A stretch of DNA of 39,723 nt from a virus. Lineage: Duplodnaviria > Heunggongvirae > Uroviricota > Caudoviricetes. A program made the position numbers and the translations under genes. Where the stretch lies: IMG/VR virus record IMGVR_UViG_2537562231_000011. One strand, given 5' to 3'. Position 1 is the first letter of the stretch, and each line of letters starts with the position of its first letter. This document shows, piece by piece, positions 16,798 through 25,520 of the stretch. The notes beneath the pieces were generated by a model. That model was not told the DNA's origin. It was given only the letters and a program-made list of their open reading frames with translations, and did no database searches.

Positions 16798-16830
16798 CAA
16801 ATCCCGCCACAGCGCGGGATTTTTATTTTA
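16798..16830 (+). terminator. Rho-independent terminator (AAATCCCGC-CACAGC-GCGGGATTT then TTATTTTA)
   Basis: 9-bp perfect stem followed by T-run, directly after the GemA-like stop. Confidence 0.6.
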
Positions 16831-16864
16831 AACTTGCCCTGTGTAATGATGACCGGAGGCGGGT

Positions 16865-17287
16865 ATGGCTGAAACACAGATGAGCATGTTTGGTGACAGC
16901 GAACAGCTGCACGCGCTGATTGACCGTCTGGATGATATTCCTGATGATGAGCTGAAAAAGAACTGGCCCGGCACGCTGCGGGACCTGGTTGATGTGATCA
17001 GTGCTGAACTGCACCGTCAGGGGATTGAACCTGCTCAGGCGGGAATGCTTGCCCGTAAGGTTGCAGCCGCACAGGCCGGGTACATGGGCGGGCGTGGTTA
17101 TTATCTCCCGGTCGGTGAATCCCTTTTCACCGAACTGCGCAATAATGAAATTTTTTCCCGCTGGAGCCAGGGCGAAAAAATTGAAACCCTGCGCCGCCAC
17201 TACCAGATGTCAGAGACGCAGATTTACTCCGTTATCCGCAACCAGCGTCGCCTGCATCAGGAACGCACGCAGCCACGGCTTTTCTGA
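16865..17287 (+). CDS. Mor/C-family transcriptional activator
   Basis: 140 aa; C-terminal HTH and overall pattern consistent with the Mu Mor/C family; lies immediately upstream of the lysis cassette. Confidence 0.7.
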   Translation: MAETQMSMFGDSEQLHALIDRLDDIPDDELKKNWPGTLRDLVDVISAELHRQGIEPAQAGMLARKVAAAQAGYMGGRGYYLPVGESLFTELRNNEIFSRWSQGEKIETLRRHYQMSETQIYSVIRNQRRLHQERTQPRLF

Positions 17288-17358
17288 TATTCCGCAAATC
17301 CTGCCCACTTTTTCCCACGGTTACGCTGACTCAGAGAACACCATGAGACAGCGTAACA

Positions 17359-17859
17359 ATGCCAAAACTCCCCGCACCCCTGCGTAAAAAGCTGATTGCC
17401 CTTGTTCTGGCCGGAGCCGGGACGTTCACCATTGCCACGCACTACACCGGCTACTGGGAAGGGAAAGAAAACACCACGTACATTGATCCCACCGGCACCC
17501 CCACCATCTGTTACGGCCATACCGGCCCGGATGTGAAACCGGGGATGACAAAAACTGATGAAGAGTGTCTGGAGCTGCTGGAAAAGGACATGAAATGGGC
17601 CTTTGCGGCTATCGATCGTCATGTTCAGGTGCCGCTTACCCGTGGTCAGACGGTGGCGCTGGCCTCCTGGATTTTCTGGGCCGGTGAAACGAACTTTCGC
17701 AACTCCACGCTCCTGCGCCTTATCAATGCCGGGCAGATGCCCGCGTCCTGTAAGCAGTATATCCGCTGGATTTATTCAAAGGGGGTAAAACTCCCCGGTC
17801 TTGAGGCCCGCCGTTCGGCGGATGAATGGTTATGTCGTTACGATTTGCCGAAAGTCTGA
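17359..17859 (+). CDS. Endolysin (lysozyme-like) with N-terminal signal-anchor segment
   Basis: 166 aa; hydrophobic N-terminus (LIALVLAGAGTFTIA) then YIDPTGTPTICYGHT lysozyme-type motif. Confidence 0.8.
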   Translation: MPKLPAPLRKKLIALVLAGAGTFTIATHYTGYWEGKENTTYIDPTGTPTICYGHTGPDVKPGMTKTDEECLELLEKDMKWAFAAIDRHVQVPLTRGQTVALASWIFWAGETNFRNSTLLRLINAGQMPASCKQYIRWIYSKGVKLPGLEARRSADEWLCRYDLPKV

Positions 17860-17923
17860 ACCGCTTCTGGCGACCGCTCATGATTGCGCTGCTGTGTGCC
17901 GTTGTGCTGCTGCGGGGTGTGCT

Positions 17924-18322
17924 GTGTCTGCGGTGAACAATCCCTTACCGGCCCTGATTGCCGGAGGCTGTATGGCGGCGCTGGGGGTGATGAGCGTGCT
18001 GGCTGCCGTGGTATGGGGAATGCACCAGAAGACGCAGCGCCTTGAGGACAATAATCATGTGCTTGTGCGTGAACGGGACGAAGCCCGTCTGGTGCTGGCA
18101 AACCAGCAACGCACCCTGCAACTCATTTCACAAATCAGCAAGGCGGCCACGAATGAAAAACAGCAGAACATGCAGCACAGCGAGGAACAGCAGAGCATTG
18201 TCCGCCGGTCACTGGCAACGGTGCCTGCTGCCGCTGTGCCTGTGCCTGATGATGTGGCTGACCGGGTGCGGCGGGCCGTCTGTGAAATTCGTCCCTGTGC
18301 CGCCGGTGCCGATCCCCGCTGA
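17924..18322 (+). CDS. i-spanin (Rz-like); start uncertain
   Basis: N-terminal transmembrane stretch (ALIAGGCMAALGVMSVLAAVVWG) followed by a charged, coiled-coil-like region; GTG start at 17924 after GGGG. Confidence 0.5.
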   Translation: MSAVNNPLPALIAGGCMAALGVMSVLAAVVWGMHQKTQRLEDNNHVLVRERDEARLVLANQQRTLQLISQISKAATNEKQQNMQHSEEQQSIVRRSLATVPAAAVPVPDDVADRVRRAVCEIRPCAAGADPR

Positions 18323-18524
18323 ATGGCTGGCTGACTGCCTGGTCCCTCCCGCGCCGCAGCCGTTCACGTTTGGTGCATCGGTCACTTACAACCTGCAACT
18401 GCTGGCGGTGATTAAAAACTGCAACGTGGACAAGGCCAGCATCCGCCGTCTGGAGACACAGCGACAGCATGAATTTACTGATATGGCCGGAACGACTGCT
18501 GTTCCGGCAGGAAAGACGAAGTAA
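18153..18524 (+). CDS. o-spanin (Rz1-like lipoprotein), overlapping the i-spanin in another frame; start uncertain
   Basis: Lipobox-like LTGC followed by a proline-rich sequence (VPVPPVPIPAEW...PPAPQP); begins inside the i-spanin gene and extends beyond it. Confidence 0.45.
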   Translation: MKNSRTCSTARNSRALSAGHWQRCLLPLCLCLMMWLTGCGGPSVKFVPVPPVPIPAEWLADCLVPPAPQPFTFGASVTYNLQLLAVIKNCNVDKASIRRLETQRQHEFTDMAGTTAVPAGKTK

Positions 18525-18534
18525 GGAAAAAGGT

Positions 18535-18762
18535 ATGGATGATTCAGATTGTGCTCAGGCAGTCATGGAGCGTGCAACAGAACGCGCCCTTTGTGACCGG
18601 CTGACACGTAAGCGCCGGGTGGCGGAGACACCGGGCAGGCGTGTATGCGCGGACTGCGGGGGTGACATTCCGGCTGCCCGTCTGGTTGCCGTGCCGGATG
18701 CCATCCGTTGTGTGAACTGCCAGAACATCATGGAGGCCGGTCATGTGGGTCAGCATCGTTAA
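18535..18762 (+). CDS. TraR/DksA-family C4 zinc-finger protein
   Basis: 75 codons from ATG 18535 with AAGGAAAAAGG ribosome-binding site; CADCGG...(17)...CVNCQ zinc-finger spacing. Confidence 0.6.
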   Translation: MDDSDCAQAVMERATERALCDRLTRKRRVAETPGRRVCADCGGDIPAARLVAVPDAIRCVNCQNIMEAGHVGQHR

Positions 18763-19054
18763 AGATTATGTCGTGCCGATCCTGTCGGCAACGGCCACAG
18801 CCGGGGGGATCTTTATGGCGCTGATGCGCAAAACCTTTGTCCCCCGCGAGGCCTTTGAAAAACTCTCCGACCGGGTTGAGCGGGTGGAGAGCCGGATTTC
18901 CGGCCTGCCCACGCAGCAGGAGGTGAACAGACTCAATATCGAAATCACCACCCTGCGCGGTGAGCTTAAGGCCACCAATGCCACCCTGAAATCCGTCTCC
19001 CATCAGAACGAACTGCTGCTGGAGCAGGCTGTAAGGAAAAAACACAATGAGTGA
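18743..19054 (+). CDS. Small membrane protein (Mu gp25-like position)
   Basis: 103 aa; N-terminal hydrophobic helix then coiled-coil. Confidence 0.45.
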   Translation: MWVSIVKDYVVPILSATATAGGIFMALMRKTFVPREAFEKLSDRVERVESRISGLPTQQEVNRLNIEITTLRGELKATNATLKSVSHQNELLLEQAVRKKHNE

Positions 19055-19337
19055 TTTCATTACTGAAGATCAGCGTCTTGTCATTCTGCGGTCGCTGGCG
19101 GATTACAACGGCGAACTGGGCGAATCCGTGCTTCAGGACTGCCTGGATGATTACGGCCACCGCGTGTCCCGCGACACCGTTCACACCCACATTGCCTGGC
19201 TTGCTGAGCAGGGACTGGTGCGTAAGCGCACGCTTGTTAACGGTTATTTCATCGCTGAACTGACCGGCCGGGGTCAGGATGTGGCGGAAGGTCGTGCCAC
19301 CGTTCCGGGTGTGAAGAAACCACGCGCAAGGGGGTAA
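19047..19337 (+). CDS. Hypothetical protein (Mu gp26-like position)
   Basis: 96 aa, translationally coupled to neighbours. Confidence 0.45.
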   Translation: MSDFITEDQRLVILRSLADYNGELGESVLQDCLDDYGHRVSRDTVHTHIAWLAEQGLVRKRTLVNGYFIAELTGRGQDVAEGRATVPGVKKPRARG

Positions 19338-19339
19338 CG

Positions 19340-19921
19340 ATGGATAAGCCGACGCGTGGCCGTGTACGCAAGGTGGATTTGCTCCCCGACAGCATCCGTA
19401 AGCCGCTGCTGGAAATGCTGCGTGAAAAACGCCTGACGCAGGTCCAGATCCGCGAGGAAATCAACCGTCTGATCCGTGAGGCAGGCCTGCCGGAAGAGCA
19501 GCAGCTTTCACCGGCGGCCATCAGCCGGGAAGCCTCCCGTAATGAGCTGATTGCCCGTAATCTGCGTGATTTACGCGAGCAGACAAAAGCCATGATGGCC
19601 GAACTGGGGGATAAGCCGACCGGTGAAACCACGGCACTGATTCTGGAGATGTCCCGTGCCCTGATGTACCGCCGTCTGCGTGCCGCCACCGAATCCCTGA
19701 ACAGCGACAGCGATGTGGATATGCGCCTTATTAAGGACATCCTCCTGTCGGCACAGCGTGCGGAAAGTGCCGCCGAGCGCAGCATTAAGCGTGAAAAAGA
19801 AATCCGGGCCGCATTTGCTGAAGAGATGGCGAACGCCGTCACCGACGAGTTGCGCGGCGTGGATGGCATGAGCGAGCAGATAGAATTCCGTATCAGGCAG
19901 ATGCTGCTTGGTAAGGCGTAG
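19340..19921 (+). CDS. Putative terminase small subunit (Mu gp27 / DUF3486-like)
   Basis: 193 aa, basic N-terminus, immediately upstream of the large terminase module. Confidence 0.55.
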   Translation: MDKPTRGRVRKVDLLPDSIRKPLLEMLREKRLTQVQIREEINRLIREAGLPEEQQLSPAAISREASRNELIARNLRDLREQTKAMMAELGDKPTGETTALILEMSRALMYRRLRAATESLNSDSDVDMRLIKDILLSAQRAESAAERSIKREKEIRAAFAEEMANAVTDELRGVDGMSEQIEFRIRQMLLGKA

Positions 19922-19931
19922 GAGGTGAATC

Positions 19932-20180
19932 GTGGTAACAGATAACCGCTCACTGATGAGCAGTGCTCATCAGAAGGCATTCAGTCTTGCAACACAGTTA
20001 CCTCCTGAAACCATAAAAGCGTGTCGTGAGTTGACTGAACTCAGCATTGCCGGGGAAATATCCCTGGAACAACTGCATTCGCTGCTGGCAGGGGCTGTCA
20101 CTGATGAGTTGAGTGGCGTGGACGTGATGACTGAAGAGCTTGAGTTCCGAATCAAAAGCATTCTGACAGGTAAAGCCTGA
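19932..20180 (+). CDS. Small protein carrying a duplicate of the gp27-like C-terminal tail
   Basis: GTG start after GGAGGTGA. C-terminus AVTDELSGVDVMTEELEFRIKSILTGKA parallels AVTDELRGVDGMSEQIEFRIRQMLLGKA of the upstream gene. Confidence 0.4.
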   Translation: MVTDNRSLMSSAHQKAFSLATQLPPETIKACRELTELSIAGEISLEQLHSLLAGAVTDELSGVDVMTEELEFRIKSILTGKA

Positions 20181-21844
20181 TGAACAAAGCCAAAGAAAAG
20201 TCTCCTTCACTGATACAAATGACACCTCCCCGCAAAATTGATCTGTCCGGTGAAAAAGCCCTGCTGGGCGTGGATGTGCCGGACAGCCTTGATTTGCCCG
20301 GTGATATGCCGGTGTTTCTGGATTATCAGGCCCGCTGGTTTGCAGATGAAAGTCAGGTCTGCATCGCGGAGAAATCCCGACGCACCGGGCTTACCTGGGC
20401 GGAAGCCGGGCGTAACGTCATTACCGCCGCAAAGCCTAAGCGTCGTGGTGGCCGTAATGTGTTTTATGTGGGGTCAAAACAGGAGATGGCGCTGGAATAT
20501 ATTTCTGCCTGCGCGCTGTTCTCCCGTGCCTTTAACCAGCTGGCAGATGCTGATGTGTATGAGCAGACATTCTGGGATCGGGATAAAAAAGAAGAAATTC
20601 TGACCTACATGATCCGCTTTCCGAACAGTGGATTCAAAATTCAGGCATTGTCTTCCCGTCCGTCAAACCTGCGCGGTCTTCAGGGGGATGTGGTGATTGA
20701 TGAAGCCGCGTTCCACGAGTCACTGGATGAGCTTCTCAAGGCGGCAATGGCGCTTACCATGTGGGGCGCACGCGTGCGCATTATTTCCACGCATAACGGC
20801 GTCGATAATCTGTTTAATCAGTACATTCAGGAAGCCCGCGAGGGGCGCAAGGATTACAGCGTCCACCGCATAACCCTGGATGATGCCATTGCGGACGGGC
20901 TGTACCGTCGTATCTGTTACGTCACCGATCAGGAATGGTCACCGGAAAGCGAGCAGAAATGGCGTGATGATCTCTACAAAAACGCCCCGACCCGTGAGGA
21001 TGCCGACGAGGAATACGGCTGTATCCCGAAAAAATCCGGCGGTGCCTATATTCCTCACGCGCTTATTGAAATGGCGATGATTCGTGACATCCCGATTCTG
21101 ACGTTTGAAGCCCCGGACGACTTCATCAGCCGTGCCGCATGGCTGCGTGAATCGGAAGTTTTAACCTGGTGTGAAGAACATTTAAAACCGCTTACAGAGA
21201 AATTAAATCCCCGTTCCCGCTTCAGCTTCGGGGAAGACTTTGCCCGCACCGGTGACCTGTCCTGCTTTGTGCTGCTGGAAATCACCGAACTCCTGGCAAA
21301 GCGCGAGGTGTTTCGCGTGGAGCTGCGCAACCTGCCGTATGCCCAGCAGGAACAGGTGATGATGTACATCCTGACCCGCGTTCCGGCGCTGGTCGGTGCG
21401 GCGTTCGACGCCACCGGTAACGGCGGCTATCTGGCAGAGGCCGCACTGCTGGCCTTTGGCCCGGACATCATCGACTGCGTGATGTTGTCGCCGAAGTGGT
21501 ACGGCGAGTGGATGCCAAAACTGAAAGCCGAGTTTGAAGATCAGAATATCCTCGTCGCCCGCCATCAGACCACGCTTGATGATTTGCGCCATGTGAAGGT
21601 GGTGAATGGTATCCCGCAAATCGACAAGGGGCGCACGAAGGACCAGAACGCAACGGCTGCGAACGCCCGCCGCCATGGTGATTTTGCCGTGGCACTCTGT
21701 ATGGCAAACCGGGCGTCATACATGGAGGGTTTCATCCTGGATGAATCAGCCTGTCAGGCGCTGCCGGAGCGGTCGCGGGCAATGGAGGGCGGTTATCGTG
21801 ATGACGATGAGGCATATCATGAATTTGATCGGGGGTGCTGGTAG
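20180..21844 (+). CDS. Terminase large subunit (Mu gp28-like)
   Basis: 554 aa; ATPase-like motifs (VVIDEAAFH) followed by a nuclease-type C-terminal domain; correct position. Confidence 0.85.
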   Translation: MNKAKEKSPSLIQMTPPRKIDLSGEKALLGVDVPDSLDLPGDMPVFLDYQARWFADESQVCIAEKSRRTGLTWAEAGRNVITAAKPKRRGGRNVFYVGSKQEMALEYISACALFSRAFNQLADADVYEQTFWDRDKKEEILTYMIRFPNSGFKIQALSSRPSNLRGLQGDVVIDEAAFHESLDELLKAAMALTMWGARVRIISTHNGVDNLFNQYIQEAREGRKDYSVHRITLDDAIADGLYRRICYVTDQEWSPESEQKWRDDLYKNAPTREDADEEYGCIPKKSGGAYIPHALIEMAMIRDIPILTFEAPDDFISRAAWLRESEVLTWCEEHLKPLTEKLNPRSRFSFGEDFARTGDLSCFVLLEITELLAKREVFRVELRNLPYAQQEQVMMYILTRVPALVGAAFDATGNGGYLAEAALLAFGPDIIDCVMLSPKWYGEWMPKLKAEFEDQNILVARHQTTLDDLRHVKVVNGIPQIDKGRTKDQNATAANARRHGDFAVALCMANRASYMEGFILDESACQALPERSRAMEGGYRDDDEAYHEFDRGCW

Positions 21845-23433
21845 TGGGACGCATAATTGATCTTGACGGAAAACCTTTCTCCTTTGACCCGGAGATGCAA
21901 AGTACCGCGCTGGATATTCCGCAGATTGCCAGCCGTTATGTTGAGCATCCCGCCTCGGGTATCACCCCGAACCGGGCGGCGCAGTGCCTTCGCGGGGCTG
22001 AACGTGGCGATCTGATTGCCCAGTCCGATCTGGCGGCTGACATTGAAGAAAAGGACACCCACCTTTTTGCGGAGCTGGGCAAGCGACGTCTTGCCATTCA
22101 GGGGGTGCCATGGAGCATTGAGCCGCCACCGAACGCCAGCGCGAATGAGAAAAAGGACGCGGAAATGCTCGACGAATATCTGCATTCCGCCGACTGGTTT
22201 GATGCCATGTTATTTGATGCCACCGATGCCATCCTGAAGGGCTATTCCTGCATGGAGATTGAGCACGGGATGCTCGGTAAGATGCACATCATCCGCGCCA
22301 TCCGATGGCGTGACAGCGGGCATTTCTGCCTTAACCCGGATGATTTGAGCGAACTGCGGCTGCGTGACGGCAGCCATGCCGGGGTGGCGTTTCAGCCCTT
22401 TGGCTGGATAGTGCATCAGTCGCGTTCACGCACCGGCTACGGTGGTGCGACGGGGCTTGTCAGAACGCTTATCTGGCCGTTCATTTTCAAAAACTATTCC
22501 GTGCGCGATCTGGCGGAATTTCTGGAGGTGTACGGCCTGCCAATGAAGGTCGGGAAATACCCGTCCGGGGCAACACCGGAGCAGAAAAGTGCCCTGATGC
22601 GGGCGGTGATGGATATCGGGCGACGTACAGGCGGGATCATCCCGGCCGGGATGTCGCTGGAGTTTCAGGCGGCAGCGAACGGTCAGGCCGATCCGTTTGA
22701 AACCATGATTTCGTGGGGTGAGCGTTCCATCTCCAAAGCAATACTCGGCGGCACGCTGACCACAGAAGCCGGAGACAAAGGCGCGCGCTCGCTGGGTGAG
22801 GTGCATAACGAGGTGCGCCGGGAAATCAGGGATTCTGATTTACGCCAGCTGGCTGCAACCCTGAACCGCGATCTGGTGTATCCGCTGTATGCCCTGAACA
22901 CCGCCCACGCCATTGATATCCGTCGCCTGCCGCGTATCTGTTTCCAGACCAAAGAACCGGGGGATATCACCAAAATAGCCAGTGCGGTGATGCAACTCAG
23001 TGCGGGGATGGATATTCCTGATCCCTGGGTACGGGATCAGACCGGTATTCCACAGCCCACGCCCGGTGAAGCCATATTCCGTGTCCGTCAGAGCAGTAAT
23101 GAACCGGCCATGCCTGACAGGGAAACGCTACCGGAAAAACAGGAAAAGACAGAACAGACGGCGCTTTCAGCCCGACTGCCGGAAGCGAAAAACACGCCGC
23201 GTGATGAACTGGACGACATGGGGGACGCGGTGCCTGCCCGCCGCTTACAGGAGGCCATCGATCCGGTGCTGGAGCCGGTCATTGATGTCATCAGAACGCG
23301 GGGGCTGGCGGAGGCACTGGCAGACCTGCCTGCCCTTTACCGTGAAATGGATGATTCCCGCCTGATGACGCTGCTCAGTGATGCCATGTTTGCTGCGGAA
23401 ATGAAGGGGATGCTGGATGGCTCAGGGGATTGA
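21835..23433 (+). CDS. Portal protein (Mu gp29 / DUF935-like)
   Basis: 532 aa, size and position; GTG start overlapping the terminase end. Confidence 0.8.
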   Translation: MLVVGRIIDLDGKPFSFDPEMQSTALDIPQIASRYVEHPASGITPNRAAQCLRGAERGDLIAQSDLAADIEEKDTHLFAELGKRRLAIQGVPWSIEPPPNASANEKKDAEMLDEYLHSADWFDAMLFDATDAILKGYSCMEIEHGMLGKMHIIRAIRWRDSGHFCLNPDDLSELRLRDGSHAGVAFQPFGWIVHQSRSRTGYGGATGLVRTLIWPFIFKNYSVRDLAEFLEVYGLPMKVGKYPSGATPEQKSALMRAVMDIGRRTGGIIPAGMSLEFQAAANGQADPFETMISWGERSISKAILGGTLTTEAGDKGARSLGEVHNEVRREIRDSDLRQLAATLNRDLVYPLYALNTAHAIDIRRLPRICFQTKEPGDITKIASAVMQLSAGMDIPDPWVRDQTGIPQPTPGEAIFRVRQSSNEPAMPDRETLPEKQEKTEQTALSARLPEAKNTPRDELDDMGDAVPARRLQEAIDPVLEPVIDVIRTRGLAEALADLPALYREMDDSRLMTLLSDAMFAAEMKGMLDGSGD

Positions 23434-24748
23434 TTTAGGTTATGCCGCCACGCTTCCCTCAAAAGAGACGGTGGCATACTTCCGCGCCAAAGGGGCGCAT
23501 ATCAGCTGGAACTGGTTCGAAACAGACGCGGATGTTCATGCCCGCTCATTCACGGCAGCAAAAACGGCACGGCTGGATGTGGTAACCACATTACAGGCCG
23601 AAGTGCAGCGGGCCATTGATGAGGGGATTTCACAGAAAGAATTTATCCGCACACTGACGCCACGCCTGCAAAAGCTGGGATGGTGGGGAAAGCAGATTGT
23701 GGTGGACAGCGACGGTAACGCGGAAGAAGTGCAGCAGGGCAGTCCCCGTCGTCTGGCGCTGATTTACAACGTGAACACCCGTGTGGCTTACAATGCCGGG
23801 CGTTACACGCAGATGATGAACAACACGGACACGCATCCGTTCTGGCAGTATGTGGCGGTCATGGACAGCCGTACCCGCCCGTCGCATTCCGCCCTTAACG
23901 GTCTGGTATTCCGCTATGACGATCCGTTCTGGAAAACACACTACCCGCCCAATGGCTGGAACTGCCGCTGCCGTGTGCGGCCATTGTCTCAGGCCCGTCT
24001 GGATGCAATGGGGTTATCCGTTTCATCCGGTGAGGATCATCTCTCCACCCGCAATGTTGAGGCTGGCGTGGATAAACAGACCGGAGAAGTCAGAGAAATG
24101 CCGGTGACCACATATTCAGATGGCGCCAGAACCATGACACCGGATGTGGGCTGGTCATATAACCCCGGCTCGGCAGCGTTCGGCACAGACCAGGCGCTGA
24201 TCCGCAAACTGATCGAGGTGAAAAGCCCGGCGTTACGGGAAATGGTGGTTCAGGAGATGAACAACAGCCCGGAGCGGCAGCTGGCGTTCCGCATCTGGGC
24301 AAAAAACATCATGCAGACCCGGCGAGGTGGTAACGATATCCGCACGCTGGGCTTTATGACTGAAAGCATTGCGCAGGCAGTGGAAAGCCGGACGGGAACG
24401 CCACCGGCCCGCCTGCTGGCGATGAGCGGTAAAAATGTGCTCCATGCGGACAGTGTGAAACATCAGAATGACGGCATCGCTCTGACGCCGGAGGACTTCG
24501 GGCGCTTACCGGCAATGCTGGCAAGGCCAAAAGCGGTACTGTGGGACAAACGGCACAACAATCTGATGTATATCGTGGAAAATCAGGATGGCAGTGTGCA
24601 GATTGCCGTTAATGCACCGTACAGTCTGAAACGTCAGCCCGACAAACTGGATGTGATTGTGAATGCTTACCGGGTTATCAATATGGATAAGCTGAAATCG
24701 GATATCCGGGGCGGAATGCTTGAGGTGCTGGAAGGACAAATTGATTAA
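23417..24748 (+). CDS. Head morphogenesis protein (Mu F / gp30-like)
   Basis: 443 aa; motifs RTRPSH...NGWNCRCR typical of the phage head morphogenesis (F-like) family. Confidence 0.8.
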   Translation: MAQGIDLGYAATLPSKETVAYFRAKGAHISWNWFETDADVHARSFTAAKTARLDVVTTLQAEVQRAIDEGISQKEFIRTLTPRLQKLGWWGKQIVVDSDGNAEEVQQGSPRRLALIYNVNTRVAYNAGRYTQMMNNTDTHPFWQYVAVMDSRTRPSHSALNGLVFRYDDPFWKTHYPPNGWNCRCRVRPLSQARLDAMGLSVSSGEDHLSTRNVEAGVDKQTGEVREMPVTTYSDGARTMTPDVGWSYNPGSAAFGTDQALIRKLIEVKSPALREMVVQEMNNSPERQLAFRIWAKNIMQTRRGGNDIRTLGFMTESIAQAVESRTGTPPARLLAMSGKNVLHADSVKHQNDGIALTPEDFGRLPAMLARPKAVLWDKRHNNLMYIVENQDGSVQIAVNAPYSLKRQPDKLDVIVNAYRVINMDKLKSDIRGGMLEVLEGQID

Positions 24749-24749
24749 C

Positions 24750-24830
24750 GGTCAGTGGCGGGGGTCGAACCCGCATACATGATCCACCCGGAGGCAGGCA
24801 CCGACTTTACCAGTTAAGCGTACACTGACC
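24750..24830 (-). ncRNA. tRNA-like structured element (T-arm and D-arm consensus, no anticodon stem); function unknown
   Basis: On the minus strand: 9-bp closing stem, D-arm-like GCTT-AACTGGTA-AAGT and T-arm GCGGG-TTCGACC-CCCGC. I could not form an anticodon stem. On the plus strand it is followed by TGTTTATTTTAT. Confidence 0.25.
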
Positions 24831-24869
24831 GCCTGTTTATTTTATATTCATCCTTTATGCGGAGGCAAT

Positions 24870-25343
24870 ATGTCATCCATTGATGCAGCTGTCGTTGTTG
24901 ACGTTACGCGTCTCCAGCGAGTGTTTGCCCGGCTTCAGTTTGTGGGCGGCGGAAAAGACCTGGCCCGCAGTGTGGCGGCGAGTCTTCTGTCATCGTCAGA
25001 AATGGCGTTTGAGCAGGAAAAAGAGCCGGATGGTGAACGCTGGCATGACTGGTCAGATCCTTACCGTGAGTGGCGTACCCGTAAGGGATACACGCCCGGC
25101 AAAATCCTGACGCTGAACGGCGATCTGGCCCGCCGCCTGACCACGGATTATGGCGATACCTGGGCGCTGATTGGATCAAATGAACCTTATGCAGCCATTC
25201 ATCAGTGGGGTGGCCTGCCTGGTATGCCACCGGGACCGGCGGCCATTGGCGCACGTCCGTATATGGGCTTTGATCAGGTGGCAGAACAGGAGATCATGGA
25301 CGAAATCAGAAAACGCTTTAAAAAGGCCACAGAAACGCCGTAA
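24870..25343 (+). CDS. Virion morphogenesis protein (Mu G / gp31-like)
   Basis: 157 aa with GCGGAGG ribosome-binding site; position between F-like and I-like genes. Confidence 0.7.
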   Translation: MSSIDAAVVVDVTRLQRVFARLQFVGGGKDLARSVAASLLSSSEMAFEQEKEPDGERWHDWSDPYREWRTRKGYTPGKILTLNGDLARRLTTDYGDTWALIGSNEPYAAIHQWGGLPGMPPGPAAIGARPYMGFDQVAEQEIMDEIRKRFKKATETP

Positions 25344-25520
25344 TGGTTTAAGGTATGCAAACGTATTACCTTACCCCCTTCAGGCGCGTGTCGTGATTTT
25401 CTAACCTGTATTTAACGGGCTTTAAAATCTGCGTGAAGCGCCTTTCTCATTCCCCCCCTGTCAGCACTTTCTGAAGTCCCGCAAAACCAGCCCCAAAAAT
25501 ACCCGGCTTATGCTGCCGGT
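25344..25520 (+). promoter_or_regulatory. G-I intergenic region: candidate late promoter and candidate strong gyrase site
   Basis: 177 bp with no credible ORF; C-rich tracts (CCCCCCC, CAGCCCCAAAAATACCC); about 18.1 kb from the inferred left end, the position of the Mu centre. Confidence 0.35.

Noticed and set aside
24750-24830. A functional canonical tRNA gene
   Set aside because: T-arm and D-arm consensus are present but no 5-bp anticodon stem with a 7-nt loop can be formed and the length is atypical (about 80 nt); kept only as a tRNA-like element.
25344-25520. An anti-CRISPR-type small gene in the G-I gap, where some Pseudomonas Mu-like phages carry them
   Set aside because: The gap has no ORF longer than about 13 codons on the plus strand.
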